DNA from: a virus
Taxonomy: Duplodnaviria; Caudoviricetes
Strand: one strand, 5' to 3'
IMG/VR virus record: IMGVR_UViG_3300016666_000042
Span: 1-36,931 of that record
Length of the DNA: 36,931 bases
How positions within the stretch are numbered: position 1 is the stretch's first letter; every line of letters begins with the position of its first letter. Below, piece after piece: positions 1-8,193 of the stretch. The translations under genes were made by a program, and so were the position numbers. The notes beneath the pieces are model-generated. The model worked only from the letters and a program-made list of their open reading frames with translations. It was not told the origin of the DNA and made no database searches.

Positions 1-22
1 CCTTGACTGATGGCGCAACAAT
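1..22. repeat. Terminal direct repeat, copy 1 (circular assembly overlap)
   Basis: ccttgactgatggcgcaacaat is identical at 1-22 and 36910-36931. Confidence 0.95.
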
Positions 23-299
23 TACTCCTGACTTGTCAGACTCAAATAACTTTAGCGTTACTTTGGGTGGTAATCGCACACTAGCTAATCCAACAAACAT
101 CACAGCAGGTCAATCTGGATCAATATTTATTAGCCAAGATGGTACTGGTAGCCGCACACTTGCTTATGGTTCTTATTGGGATTTTGCTAATGGAGCAGCT
201 CCTACACTATCTACGACTGCAAATGCGGTTGACCGTATTGATTATATAGTGCGTACATCTACATCAATTCACGCAGTATTTACTTCTAATTACTCATGA
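3..299 (+). CDS. C-terminal part of the tail fibre protein that starts at 36477 and crosses the circular junction
   Basis: Position 3 equals 36912, in frame with ATG 36477; LTDGATITPD...TLGGNRTLANPTN...QDGTGSRTL is a typical phage tail-fibre C-terminal domain. Confidence 0.85.
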   Translation: MTDGATITPDLSDSNNFSVTLGGNRTLANPTNITAGQSGSIFISQDGTGSRTLAYGSYWDFANGAAPTLSTTANAVDRIDYIVRTSTSIHAVFTSNYS

Positions 300-2665
300 G
301 CATAATTAATTCTCAGCCGTTAATAGGTGCATCTGGCTCTGCTGGTTATCAAATTAGCCGATCAGTTAGGCTAAGGGCAAGTGCTACTGCATATTTTAAT
401 AGAACATTTGGTACGCCAACGGATAATAAAAAATGGACTTTATCCGCATGGATTAAAAAAGGTGGATTAGGAACAGCAATTGCCAACGGAGATCAACCTT
501 TACTTGCTGCGCCAAATGGAGTTAATGCAGATATATTTTTTATTGAAGATAATGGAACAGATCAATTTTCATTCTTTATAAATTCTGTTATTCAGGCAAG
601 ATGGACTCCTGTTTACCGTGATCCATCTGCATGGTATCACGTTGTATTAAATTATGATTCCGCAAATGCTACGCAAGCAAATAGATTACTTCTTTATATA
701 AATGGTACACAAATAACTACCCTTTCAACTCCTGTCGGTATTTCATTGAACCAATCAACAACTATTAATGCAAATGCCGTTATTAATAGAATTGGTAATA
801 ATGCAATTAATACAAGATGTTTTGATGGATATTTAACAGAAGTTAATTTTATAGATGGTCAAGCATTAAGCCCATCAAATTTTGGCGAAACAAATACAAT
901 TACTGGCGTATGGCAGCCTAAAAAATACAATGGCACATACGGTACAAACGGTTTCTATTTGAATTTCTCAGACAACAGTGGCGTTACAGCTACTACTATT
1001 GGTAAAGACTATTCAGGCAACGGCAACAACTGGACACCGAACAATATCAGCGTGACTGCTGGTGCAACGTATGACTCAATGCTGGATGTTCCTACGCTGT
1101 GGGCTGATGGCGGCAATGGGCGGGGGAATTATGCGACGCTGAATCCGCTTTCAACTTTATACACTGTTACTAATGGCAACTTAGATTTTACTTATACAAA
1201 CAGTACATCTGGTGTTTGGTACTTAAAGGATACTTTAGCTGTTTCGTATGGAAAATACTATTGGGAAGTTACGCCTACCAATGTCGGTGCAGGGTTAAAT
1301 ATTTCCATAGGTATTATTCTAGACACAAATACACAGACAAATACAACCACGATAAATCTAGTTACAGATGGTTATGTGTACCATTCAGATGGGAATAAAT
1401 ACAGTGGTTCAACTGTTGCCGCATATGGCGCAACTTACACCAACAACGATGTTATCGGAGTTGCTTTAGATTTAACTGCAGGAACACTGGTTTTTTACAA
1501 AAACAATGTAAGCCAAGGAACAGCTTTCACTGGATTAACCTCCTCTTATATGCTATTGGTTTGCTGTCATTTGGGCGGTACATCAAGAACAGTTGCTGGT
1601 TTTGTCAATGCAGGCCAGCGCCCATTCGCCTACACACCACCGTCCGGCTTCAAAGCACTGAATACGCAGAACCTGCCGACACCGACTATCCTGAAGGGCA
1701 ATCAGTATTTTGATGCGACGCTGTGGACTGGTAATCAAGCAGCACGAACCATCACGAACAGCGGAGAGTTTCAGCCCGATCTTATCTGGACGAAATCACG
1801 CAGCGATGCAGAAAGCCATCGTCTGCATGATTCTGTCCGAGGTGGTAATGGCTCTGTTTTGTATGAACTCAATTCGAACGAAACATCGGCTGAAGGAACT
1901 GACACGCTTGTAAGCGGCTTTGCTTCTAATGGATTCACGATTGCATCGGGGGTTAATACACCAAACATTACCAGCAGAACCTACGTCGGCTGGCAATGGA
2001 AAGAAGGCGCGACGCAGGGATTCGATATTGTGACTTACACGGGCAACGGGACGAGCCAGAACGTGAACCATTCGCTGGGCGTCGCTCCTGCGATGATTAT
2101 CGTGAAAGATCGCGTTAACGCTGTGAACTGGGCCGTGTGGCACAAGTCGCTGCCGTCAGGAACAAACGTCATTGAGGGTTTGAACACCACGTCTGCCGCG
2201 ACAAACCAGACCGTTTGGACTTCTGGTGGTGGCACCTACACGCCGACATCGACGCAATTCAGCGTCAATGGCACCAGTAACATGACAAACAGCGTTGGTG
2301 GGCACGTCGCCTACCTATTCGCAGAAGTCGCAGGCTTTTCCAAGTTCGGCAGCTACACAGGCAACGGGTCTTCTGATGGGCCTTTTGTATTTTGTGGGTT
2401 TAGGCCTAGATGGATTATGGTCAAGCGCACTGATTCAACTGGTGAATGGTATTTAAGAGATACAAGTAGAGATTTGTACAACGTATCAACTCAAGCGTTA
2501 TATGCAAATCAAAGTTCAGCAGAAACCACATCTTCATATTTATTTGACTTGAATTCAAATGGATTTAAATTAAGGTCAAGTGGAATAGAGACAAACGCCA
2601 ATGGCGGCACATACATCTACGCTGCCTTTGCTGAAAACCCATTTAAATATTCACTAGCGAGGTAA
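296..2665 (+). CDS. Tail/receptor-binding protein with a LamG/ConA-like and a SPRY-like domain
   Basis: WTLSAWIKK, RDPSAWYHVV, LYING, FDGYLTEVNFIDG (LamG-like); GKYYWEV, DVIGVALDL, VFYKN (SPRY-like); repeated YTGNG motifs; ATGA overlap with the upstream gene. Confidence 0.8.
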   Translation: MSIINSQPLIGASGSAGYQISRSVRLRASATAYFNRTFGTPTDNKKWTLSAWIKKGGLGTAIANGDQPLLAAPNGVNADIFFIEDNGTDQFSFFINSVIQARWTPVYRDPSAWYHVVLNYDSANATQANRLLLYINGTQITTLSTPVGISLNQSTTINANAVINRIGNNAINTRCFDGYLTEVNFIDGQALSPSNFGETNTITGVWQPKKYNGTYGTNGFYLNFSDNSGVTATTIGKDYSGNGNNWTPNNISVTAGATYDSMLDVPTLWADGGNGRGNYATLNPLSTLYTVTNGNLDFTYTNSTSGVWYLKDTLAVSYGKYYWEVTPTNVGAGLNISIGIILDTNTQTNTTTINLVTDGYVYHSDGNKYSGSTVAAYGATYTNNDVIGVALDLTAGTLVFYKNNVSQGTAFTGLTSSYMLLVCCHLGGTSRTVAGFVNAGQRPFAYTPPSGFKALNTQNLPTPTILKGNQYFDATLWTGNQAARTITNSGEFQPDLIWTKSRSDAESHRLHDSVRGGNGSVLYELNSNETSAEGTDTLVSGFASNGFTIASGVNTPNITSRTYVGWQWKEGATQGFDIVTYTGNGTSQNVNHSLGVAPAMIIVKDRVNAVNWAVWHKSLPSGTNVIEGLNTTSAATNQTVWTSGGGTYTPTSTQFSVNGTSNMTNSVGGHVAYLFAEVAGFSKFGSYTGNGSSDGPFVFCGFRPRWIMVKRTDSTGEWYLRDTSRDLYNVSTQALYANQSSAETTSSYLFDLNSNGFKLRSSGIETNANGGTYIYAAFAENPFKYSLAR

Positions 2666-2666
2666 T

Positions 2667-3086
2667 ATGTTTTTACTCAACGGAAATCCACTCGGAATTG
2701 ATGTTTCATTTACCGTAAATGGCATTCAATATCCGCAAAATTGGCTGCGTCTTGCTAGTTCAGAAGAAAAAGCCGCTATTGGCATTACAGAAGTAGCTGA
2801 TCCAGAACCATATGATGATCGTTTCTACTGGGGCGTAGGCAATCCAAAAGACTTGGATCAATGCAAAGCAAACCTTATTTCACAGGTGAAAGCTACTGCT
2901 GCGTCTTTGCTTTCTCCTACTGATTGGAAGGTGATTCGCGCCACAGAAACTGGTATAATTTTGGAAACTGCTGTTAAGGAAGCTCGTGCTGCAATTCGTG
3001 CTGCTTCCAATACAAATGAGGCTGCAATTAATGCTTGTACAAGTGTAGATCAATTAGCTGCATTGCAATTTACTTGGCCGGAGTGA
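2667..3086 (+). CDS. Putative tail fibre assembly/chaperone protein
   Basis: Directly follows the fibre gene; YPQNWLRL, LLSPTDWKVIR, C-terminal WP; GAGGT RBS. Confidence 0.6.
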   Translation: MFLLNGNPLGIDVSFTVNGIQYPQNWLRLASSEEKAAIGITEVADPEPYDDRFYWGVGNPKDLDQCKANLISQVKATAASLLSPTDWKVIRATETGIILETAVKEARAAIRAASNTNEAAINACTSVDQLAALQFTWPE

Positions 3087-3089
3087 TAA

Positions 3090-3275
3090 ATGTCTGACGT
3101 AAAGCTATCTGATGCCCAAATTGAGGAAATCGCAGAACGTGCAGCCGAGGTTGCATTTAAGAAGATTTATGAAGAAGTGGGCAAGTCAGTAATCAAAAAG
3201 ATTTTCTGGATTGCTGGCGCAGGAGCTTTATTTCTGCTTATGTGGTTAGGCAGTAACGGGCAGATACCAAAATGA
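3090..3275 (+). CDS. Small membrane protein (lysis region)
   Basis: One C-terminal hydrophobic helix; GGAG RBS. Confidence 0.6.
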   Translation: MSDVKLSDAQIEEIAERAAEVAFKKIYEEVGKSVIKKIFWIAGAGALFLLMWLGSNGQIPK

Positions 3276-3793
3276 TTGAAGTTGCAGTTGCCTTTGCTGC
3301 TGCGGAGGCGGCTGTTGCTGGTGTTAAGAAAGCTATAGCACTTGGCAAAGAGATTCAAGAGTGCTATCACGACATATCTACATTTTTTGAAAAACAGGCT
3401 GAAGTCCAGACTGTAGTCGTTCAGGAACAGGTAGCGAAAAAGAACAAGAATATAACGCTATCTCAGGCCACAAAACAGGCATTAGACGCTACTTTCGCAT
3501 CCAGAAAGCTATACCGGATGGAAGTAGAGCTAAGAGAAATGCTGATCTATAACAATTCAGGCGAAAATGGGCTTTATGAAGAAATGTGCGCCCGTAGAGA
3601 TGCCATTATTCTGGCTGCAAAGGAAGAAGCAGAAGAAGAGGCTAGACAGGAGCGCATAAAGCTCAGAGAGGCCGCTAGAATTCGCGCAGAGCGTATTTAT
3701 TTAATTCAGAGTGTCATAGCAGCAATAGTCGGTACAGCGTGTGCTACGGCGATTTTATACGGTATTTGGTGGATGTTTCATTGGAGAGATTGA
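3272..3793 (+). CDS. Hypothetical coiled-coil protein with C-terminal transmembrane helix
   Basis: ATGA-coupled; helical charged core and hydrophobic C-terminus. Confidence 0.65.
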   Translation: MIEVAVAFAAAEAAVAGVKKAIALGKEIQECYHDISTFFEKQAEVQTVVVQEQVAKKNKNITLSQATKQALDATFASRKLYRMEVELREMLIYNNSGENGLYEEMCARRDAIILAAKEEAEEEARQERIKLREAARIRAERIYLIQSVIAAIVGTACATAILYGIWWMFHWRD

Positions 3794-4275
3794 TGCTTAC
3801 TTTATTTTCTACACTTATTTCGTTTTTATCTGGTGGATTGCCAAAATTGCTAGATTATTTTCAGGACAAATCAGATAAAAAGCACGAACTACAGTTAGCA
3901 CAATTACAACTTGAACAGCAGTTAAAGTTACAAGCTGCTGGTTATGCCTCGCAGGAGAAGATCGAGGCTATTCATACGGAGCATTTGCAGATTGAGGCTG
4001 CATCTGCTGAACGCCAGGCATTGTATAACCACGATATAGAGATCGGTAAGGGTGCTAGTCAATGGGTAATTAATATGCGCGCTATGGTGCGTCCAGCTAT
4101 TACTTTTGGTCTGTTTGGACTACTGGTATTTGTTGATGCTTTTGGCTTTTATTACGCTATCCATACAGGCGTATCCTTTGCAGACGCTATGAATATCTTG
4201 TGGGATGATGAAACTCAGATTATCTGGTCTTCTGTAGTCGCTTTTTGGTTTGGAACTCAGGCATTTAAGAAATGA
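3793..4275 (+). CDS. Putative holin (3TM GTA-holin-like)
   Basis: Start moved to ATG 3793 (TGATG overlap); three hydrophobic segments, VRPAITF and FWFG motifs; directly upstream of lysozyme. Confidence 0.65.
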   Translation: MLTLFSTLISFLSGGLPKLLDYFQDKSDKKHELQLAQLQLEQQLKLQAAGYASQEKIEAIHTEHLQIEAASAERQALYNHDIEIGKGASQWVINMRAMVRPAITFGLFGLLVFVDAFGFYYAIHTGVSFADAMNILWDDETQIIWSSVVAFWFGTQAFKK

Positions 4276-4769
4276 GAATGTCGGATAAAGCTAGAGCAAT
4301 GCTCCGGCATCATGAAGGCGTAAGAAAGAAGGCGTATTTAGATTCAGTATTGCTCTGGACTACCGGCGTAGGTCATCTGATTGCGCCAATAGAGCATCAG
4401 AAAATGACGCTGGATCAGAGGAAACAGGCTAAAGCAGAAGGCCGCTTAAATTGCCCTATAGAGTGGATGAGGACGCTAACAGATGCCGAAGTGGATCAGA
4501 TATTGCAGGATGATTTACAGCGTTTTGAGCGAGGCGTATTACGTCTTTGCCCTAATAATCTCACTCAAGGCAGGTTTGACGCTATGGTCAGCTTTGCTTT
4601 TAATGCAGGACTAGGCGCACTACAAAAGTCAAGTATCCGCATGAGGCATAATAGAGGTGATTTTGAAGGTGCTGCAAATGCTTTCATGCTGTATCGGTTT
4701 GCCTCTGGCAAGGAATTTAAAGGTTTAGTTAGACGAAGAGGCGATGAACGTGCGACTTACCTATCTTAG
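4272..4769 (+). CDS. Endolysin, GH24 phage lysozyme
   Basis: HEG-x5-YLD-x4-WTTGVGH catalytic motif, FDAMVSFAFNAG, GLVRRR. Confidence 0.93.
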   Translation: MRMSDKARAMLRHHEGVRKKAYLDSVLLWTTGVGHLIAPIEHQKMTLDQRKQAKAEGRLNCPIEWMRTLTDAEVDQILQDDLQRFERGVLRLCPNNLTQGRFDAMVSFAFNAGLGALQKSSIRMRHNRGDFEGAANAFMLYRFASGKEFKGLVRRRGDERATYLS

Positions 4770-4777
4770 GGGTTATT

Positions 4778-4990
4778 ATGAAATACCTTGTTATTGCTTC
4801 AGTCTTACTTGCCACTATTGCAGCAGCAGCGAGTTTAGACGACAATGGGAATCTTATTCTAAGTAAAGAAGAGGTTGCTAGAACTCAAGCCGTATTTAAT
4901 CAGCTGCAAACTCAAATTCATTATCAGCAAATGCGTATTGAAGAGCTAGAAAAAGCAATAATTCAGATAGAAAGGCAAAAGTGTGTCTAA
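4778..4990 (+). CDS. Small exported/membrane-anchored coiled-coil protein (possible spanin-like)
   Basis: N-terminal hydrophobic signal then Q/E-rich coiled coil; follows endolysin. Confidence 0.5.
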   Translation: MKYLVIASVLLATIAAAASLDDNGNLILSKEEVARTQAVFNQLQTQIHYQQMRIEELEKAIIQIERQKCV

Positions 4991-5186
4991 GAAGATACCA
5001 GTAGATTGTATGCCTCGATGTAAATCTTGCAGTTTCTTTGTAACAGAAAAAAATCAATCAGTGGGGGAATGTCATAGATACCCACCAGCTCTAATGCCGG
5101 ACGATGATGGAGAGATTGCAGTATTTACTTTTCCAATCACTGGCGAGGATGAATGGTGCGGTGAATTTGTCAGATTTACTAACTAA
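4983..5186 (+). CDS. Small Cys-rich hypothetical protein
   Basis: CxxC...GECHRYPP...WCGEF pattern. Confidence 0.65.
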   Translation: MSKKIPVDCMPRCKSCSFFVTEKNQSVGECHRYPPALMPDDDGEIAVFTFPITGEDEWCGEFVRFTN

Positions 5187-5197
5187 TAATTACTCAA

Positions 5198-6154
5198 ATG
5201 GCAACCATTAGTGACGCAGAATTTATTAGGCTCTGGAATATTCATCAAAGTGCATCAGAAGTAGCAAAAATAATAGGTATTTCAGAAAGAGCAGTGCATA
5301 GAAAGCGCAGGGCTGTTGAGACAAAACATACTATTATTCTTGCTGCTCAAGATCCTAGAAGTCCTACATTTCAAGTGACTTATTCGCATAATAATATCAG
5401 AACTTGCGTAGATATTGATGATGGCGTAATTATGGTGGCTTCAGACTGCCATTACTGGCCTAGTATAGTATCTACAGCTCATCGCGCATTTGTAAAAATC
5501 ATCAGTGAATTAAAGCCAAAGATGGTAGTTATTAATGGCGATGTATTTGACGGTGCTTCTATCAGCCGTCATCCACCTATTGGATGGAATAGCACTCCAA
5601 CAGTAAAGCAAGAATTAGAGGCTTGCCAGGATCGTTTAGCTGAGATTGAAAACGCAGCAGGACAAGCTAAACTGCATTGGACTTGGGGAAATCACGATCT
5701 GCGATTTAACAGCAAATTAGCAACTCAGATAGGTGATACCTTTAAGGGTATTGAAGGAATGAATCTTACTGACCATTTTGCAAAGTGGAAATTTAGCACT
5801 TCAATCATGGTAAATGAAAATACGATGATTAAACACCGATGGCATAATGGTGTTCATGCTGTTTACAATAATGCTCTTAAATCAGGAACAAGTATTGTTA
5901 CAGGTCATTTGCATAGTCTAAAAGTAACACCTTGGACAGATTACAACGGAACTCGATACGGTGTAGATACTGGAACTCTAGCTTGTCCTACTGGAGATCA
6001 ATTTGCCTATACAGAAGATAATCCAGTAAATCATCGCTCTGGTTTTGCAGTTCTTACATATTACAAAGGCAATTTAATGCCACCAGAACTTTGCGAGGTT
6101 ATTGATGAAGATGAGGGTCTGGTTTATTTCCGTGGGCAGGTTGTAGAGTGCTAA
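5198..6154 (+). CDS. Calcineurin-like metallophosphoesterase with N-terminal HTH-like segment
   Basis: SDCH, NGDVFD, GNHD, GHLH metal-binding motifs; SEVAKIIGISERAV HTH-like. Confidence 0.88.
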   Translation: MATISDAEFIRLWNIHQSASEVAKIIGISERAVHRKRRAVETKHTIILAAQDPRSPTFQVTYSHNNIRTCVDIDDGVIMVASDCHYWPSIVSTAHRAFVKIISELKPKMVVINGDVFDGASISRHPPIGWNSTPTVKQELEACQDRLAEIENAAGQAKLHWTWGNHDLRFNSKLATQIGDTFKGIEGMNLTDHFAKWKFSTSIMVNENTMIKHRWHNGVHAVYNNALKSGTSIVTGHLHSLKVTPWTDYNGTRYGVDTGTLACPTGDQFAYTEDNPVNHRSGFAVLTYYKGNLMPPELCEVIDEDEGLVYFRGQVVEC

Positions 6155-6464
6155 GAGGAATTGAGCCTATTTTCTTTCTGGCTCTATATTCTTTAGCTCT
6201 AAGTGAAGCAGATTTTTTCTTTTTAGCTTTATCTTTGCCAGCTCCAAATCGGTAAATAGGTGTGCAGTCTCTTCCTCTGCGATCTGACTCCCAGCCGCAA
6301 ATATGGACAATCTTATGCTTGTGGAATAGCCTCATAAGTCTTTGAGATGAGACAATGTGGAAACCAATTTCATCAGATAATTCATATGGAGTTGCATCAT
6401 TGGTCATTAAGTATTTTATTAGTAATGTATAGTGCAATTGATTTACCCGAATCATTTTCCGCAA
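6099..6464 (-). CDS. Putative winged-HTH DNA-binding protein
   Basis: TPYELSDEIGFH...LHK..VHICGW...PIYRFG; basic tail; last gene of the leftward operon. Confidence 0.6.
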   Translation of the reverse strand: MRKMIRVNQLHYTLLIKYLMTNDATPYELSDEIGFHIVSSQRLMRLFHKHKIVHICGWESDRRGRDCTPIYRFGAGKDKAKKKKSASLRAKEYRARKKIGSIPLSTLQPAHGNKPDPHLHQ

Positions 6465-6655
6465 ATTTTTTTCTTAGCCTCTGCCATACTTGTTTCAAAC
6501 CACCATCCTACGCAAGCATTATCTAAATCTAGCCTTTTAACTGATTTTGCTCCATCTTGAAATCCTCGATGATATTCTTGATCCATCTTATCTACTTGAA
6601 CAACTGCTAATCCCCATAAAATAACCAAAATTCCTAGAGCAAATGCAATTTTCAT
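6452..6655 (-). CDS. Small membrane protein
   Basis: N-terminal TM helix, YHRGFQDG; ATGA-coupled. Confidence 0.6.
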   Translation of the reverse strand: MKIAFALGILVILWGLAVVQVDKMDQEYHRGFQDGAKSVKRLDLDNACVGWWFETSMAEAKKKICGK

Positions 6656-6840
6656 AGCAATTCCCTTATTTTTTTAACGGGTACATTAAATGATTCATGG
6701 ATACGCAAAATTACGTCTGGAGATACTACGCTACCATGTCTGATCTTGCTGATTGTTGCTGTACTCAAGCTAAGTGCATGAGCCAGAGATCGGTCATTTT
6801 TAATTCTGTATGTTTTAAGTATGTAATCTAATAGTTTCAT
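6652..6840 (-). CDS. Small Cro/XRE-type HTH protein
   Basis: NDRSLAHALSLSTATISKIRHG helix-turn-helix. Confidence 0.75.
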   Translation of the reverse strand: MKLLDYILKTYRIKNDRSLAHALSLSTATISKIRHGSVVSPDVILRIHESFNVPVKKIRELL

Positions 6841-6846
6841 ATTTTT

Positions 6847-7089
6847 TTAATCAAACATCCAAGAAGGTAATTTCCCGCTTACATATCTTTTTGCTGCATT
6901 TTTTCTTTGCGCTTTTTCTACATTCTCTACTGTTAATTTATTAAGCTGTTTATTTTCAGGAAATGCTATTTTTTTCCCATCTGTTTTTGCTCTTTCTTCC
7001 ATGCAATTACCATGAACAAACTCATACTTCCCTTTGCCTCTTGGTAATTTGCATATTGGACATGGATTGTAAATAGATTTTTTTTTCAT
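6847..7089 (-). CDS. Hypothetical protein with CxxC...HxxC zinc-binding motif
   Basis: CPIC...HGNC; GAGG RBS upstream. Confidence 0.6.
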   Translation of the reverse strand: MKKKSIYNPCPICKLPRGKGKYEFVHGNCMEERAKTDGKKIAFPENKQLNKLTVENVEKAQRKNAAKRYVSGKLPSWMFD

Positions 7090-7100
7090 AATATCCTCGT

Positions 7101-7183
7101 TAGTGCAGGGTCACTGGCGATTGGGAGTCGAAGGAGACAGCCAGCCCCTGCTGCCGGAGTTACGCGCCACTACCGGCTGGGCG
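7101..7183 (-). ncRNA. Candidate structured small RNA B: pseudoknot plus hairpin with anti-RBS loop
   Basis: Minus strand CGCC/GGCG and GCCGG/CCGGC crossing stems; then GCAGGG/CCCUGC and GCUGGC/GCCAGU enclosing loop UGUCUCCUUCGACUCCCAAUC; GC-rich island in AT-rich operon. Confidence 0.7.
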
Positions 7184-7187
7184 TGTT

Positions 7188-7257
7188 TGGTGAGGTACTC
7201 GCTGCGTCTGTTTGATCTGATAGCTTATAGGAACTATCACAGTATCCGCTTTCCCTC
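7188..7257 (-). ncRNA. Candidate structured small RNA A
   Basis: GAGG/CCUC closing stem followed by ACCA; GAAA/GAGUA internal loop; CUG/CAG stem; inner UGAUAG/CUAUCA hairpin. Confidence 0.65.
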
Positions 7258-7262
7258 GTAAC

Positions 7263-7511
7263 TTAAAACGGTATATCGTCTGGTGGCAAATCGTCTACAG
7301 GATCAGCCTTTTTCTTTGCTGGTTTATCGTCTTTTAGCTTAAAGCTGCAAGACATAAATTTCCCAGATTTACCTTCTTTAAGCCATGCAGATACCCAGAT
7401 TGCATTTCCATCTAAATCCTTGCCATCACCCTTGTAATCAGGGTGGTTATCTGCTTCTTTCTTGTCATTCTTAAACAAAGAAAATGATCCTGGTTTAGCT
7501 TCGTATGCCAT
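7263..7511 (-). CDS. SSB-like single-stranded DNA-binding protein
   Basis: SLFKN, HPDYKG, WVSAW, acidic tail ending DDIPF; adjacent to ERF. Confidence 0.72.
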   Translation of the reverse strand: MAYEAKPGSFSLFKNDKKEADNHPDYKGDGKDLDGNAIWVSAWLKEGKSGKFMSCSFKLKDDKPAKKKADPVDDLPPDDIPF

Positions 7512-8180
7512 TTATTTACCTTTCGCTTCTTCATTCATTGTTTTCAAAGTGCTACGACATTTACTGCTTAATTGCGCCCAAACTGCTGTTGATGCTGTTA
7601 CATCAAAAGTAGATTGATCTCGCAAATCCCATGCTTCAAATGCAGCCCATTCGTTACCGGCATCAAACTGCGCCTGAATGTGAGCTGCTAACTTGTCCAC
7701 CAAAGCCGCTAAACGGCTGTCTAAGGCTTCTTTTGCACCATCTGTAGCCGAGATAGTCTTTTTCTCTTTGAGAGGCTCAGAGGCGTCTATAGCGTCATGT
7801 TCGCATATTGCCAAAGCCATAACTAACAGATAGCGAGTAATGTAGGTAATGGATGCGCCAAGGTTCTGAACTGGATGGCAACCTTTTAGGTGCGCCTCAG
7901 CCATAGGGCAACAGAATTTAATTGCTCCACCGGTTTCCTTGTCATAAATCCACATTGTTGCCAGTTCTCTGTCAAATTCAAGAGTTTGGCAAAGTCCTAA
8001 ATCTAGGAAAATCTGGTTAACGGCTGGCAGGAAGTCTCCAAGCTCAAAATAACGGTATCCTGCAAACTTATTGTGACCTGACTTTTTAAGCTCCATAGAT
8101 TGCAGCTTGATCCGTGCAGTCTGTAACTTATCGTAAATCATCCATTGCTGCTGTTCTTGCTGCTCTTGTGCTTGTCTCAT
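7512..8180 (-). CDS. erf: ERF-family single-strand annealing recombinase
   Basis: KKSGHNKFAGYRYFELGD and QNLGASITYITRYLL...D motifs. Confidence 0.85.
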   Translation of the reverse strand: MRQAQEQQEQQQWMIYDKLQTARIKLQSMELKKSGHNKFAGYRYFELGDFLPAVNQIFLDLGLCQTLEFDRELATMWIYDKETGGAIKFCCPMAEAHLKGCHPVQNLGASITYITRYLLVMALAICEHDAIDASEPLKEKKTISATDGAKEALDSRLAALVDKLAAHIQAQFDAGNEWAAFEAWDLRDQSTFDVTASTAVWAQLSSKCRSTLKTMNEEAKGK

Positions 8181-8193
8181 TTATTTAGCTCCA

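Noticed and set aside
296-2665. Diversity-generating retroelement acting on the tail gene
   Set aside because: No reverse transcriptase and no template/variable repeat pair seen.
7153-7183. Plus-strand GCCGG...CCGGCTGGGC resembles the HDV ribozyme P1/J1-4 region
   Set aside because: Only 15 nt lie between the P1 strands, too few for P2, P3 and L3, and the operon is transcribed from the other strand.
7090-7262. Possible tRNA, CRISPR mini-array or simple terminator
   Set aside because: No cloverleaf or TTCRA T-loop in the right context, no repeated unit, and no U tract after the stems.
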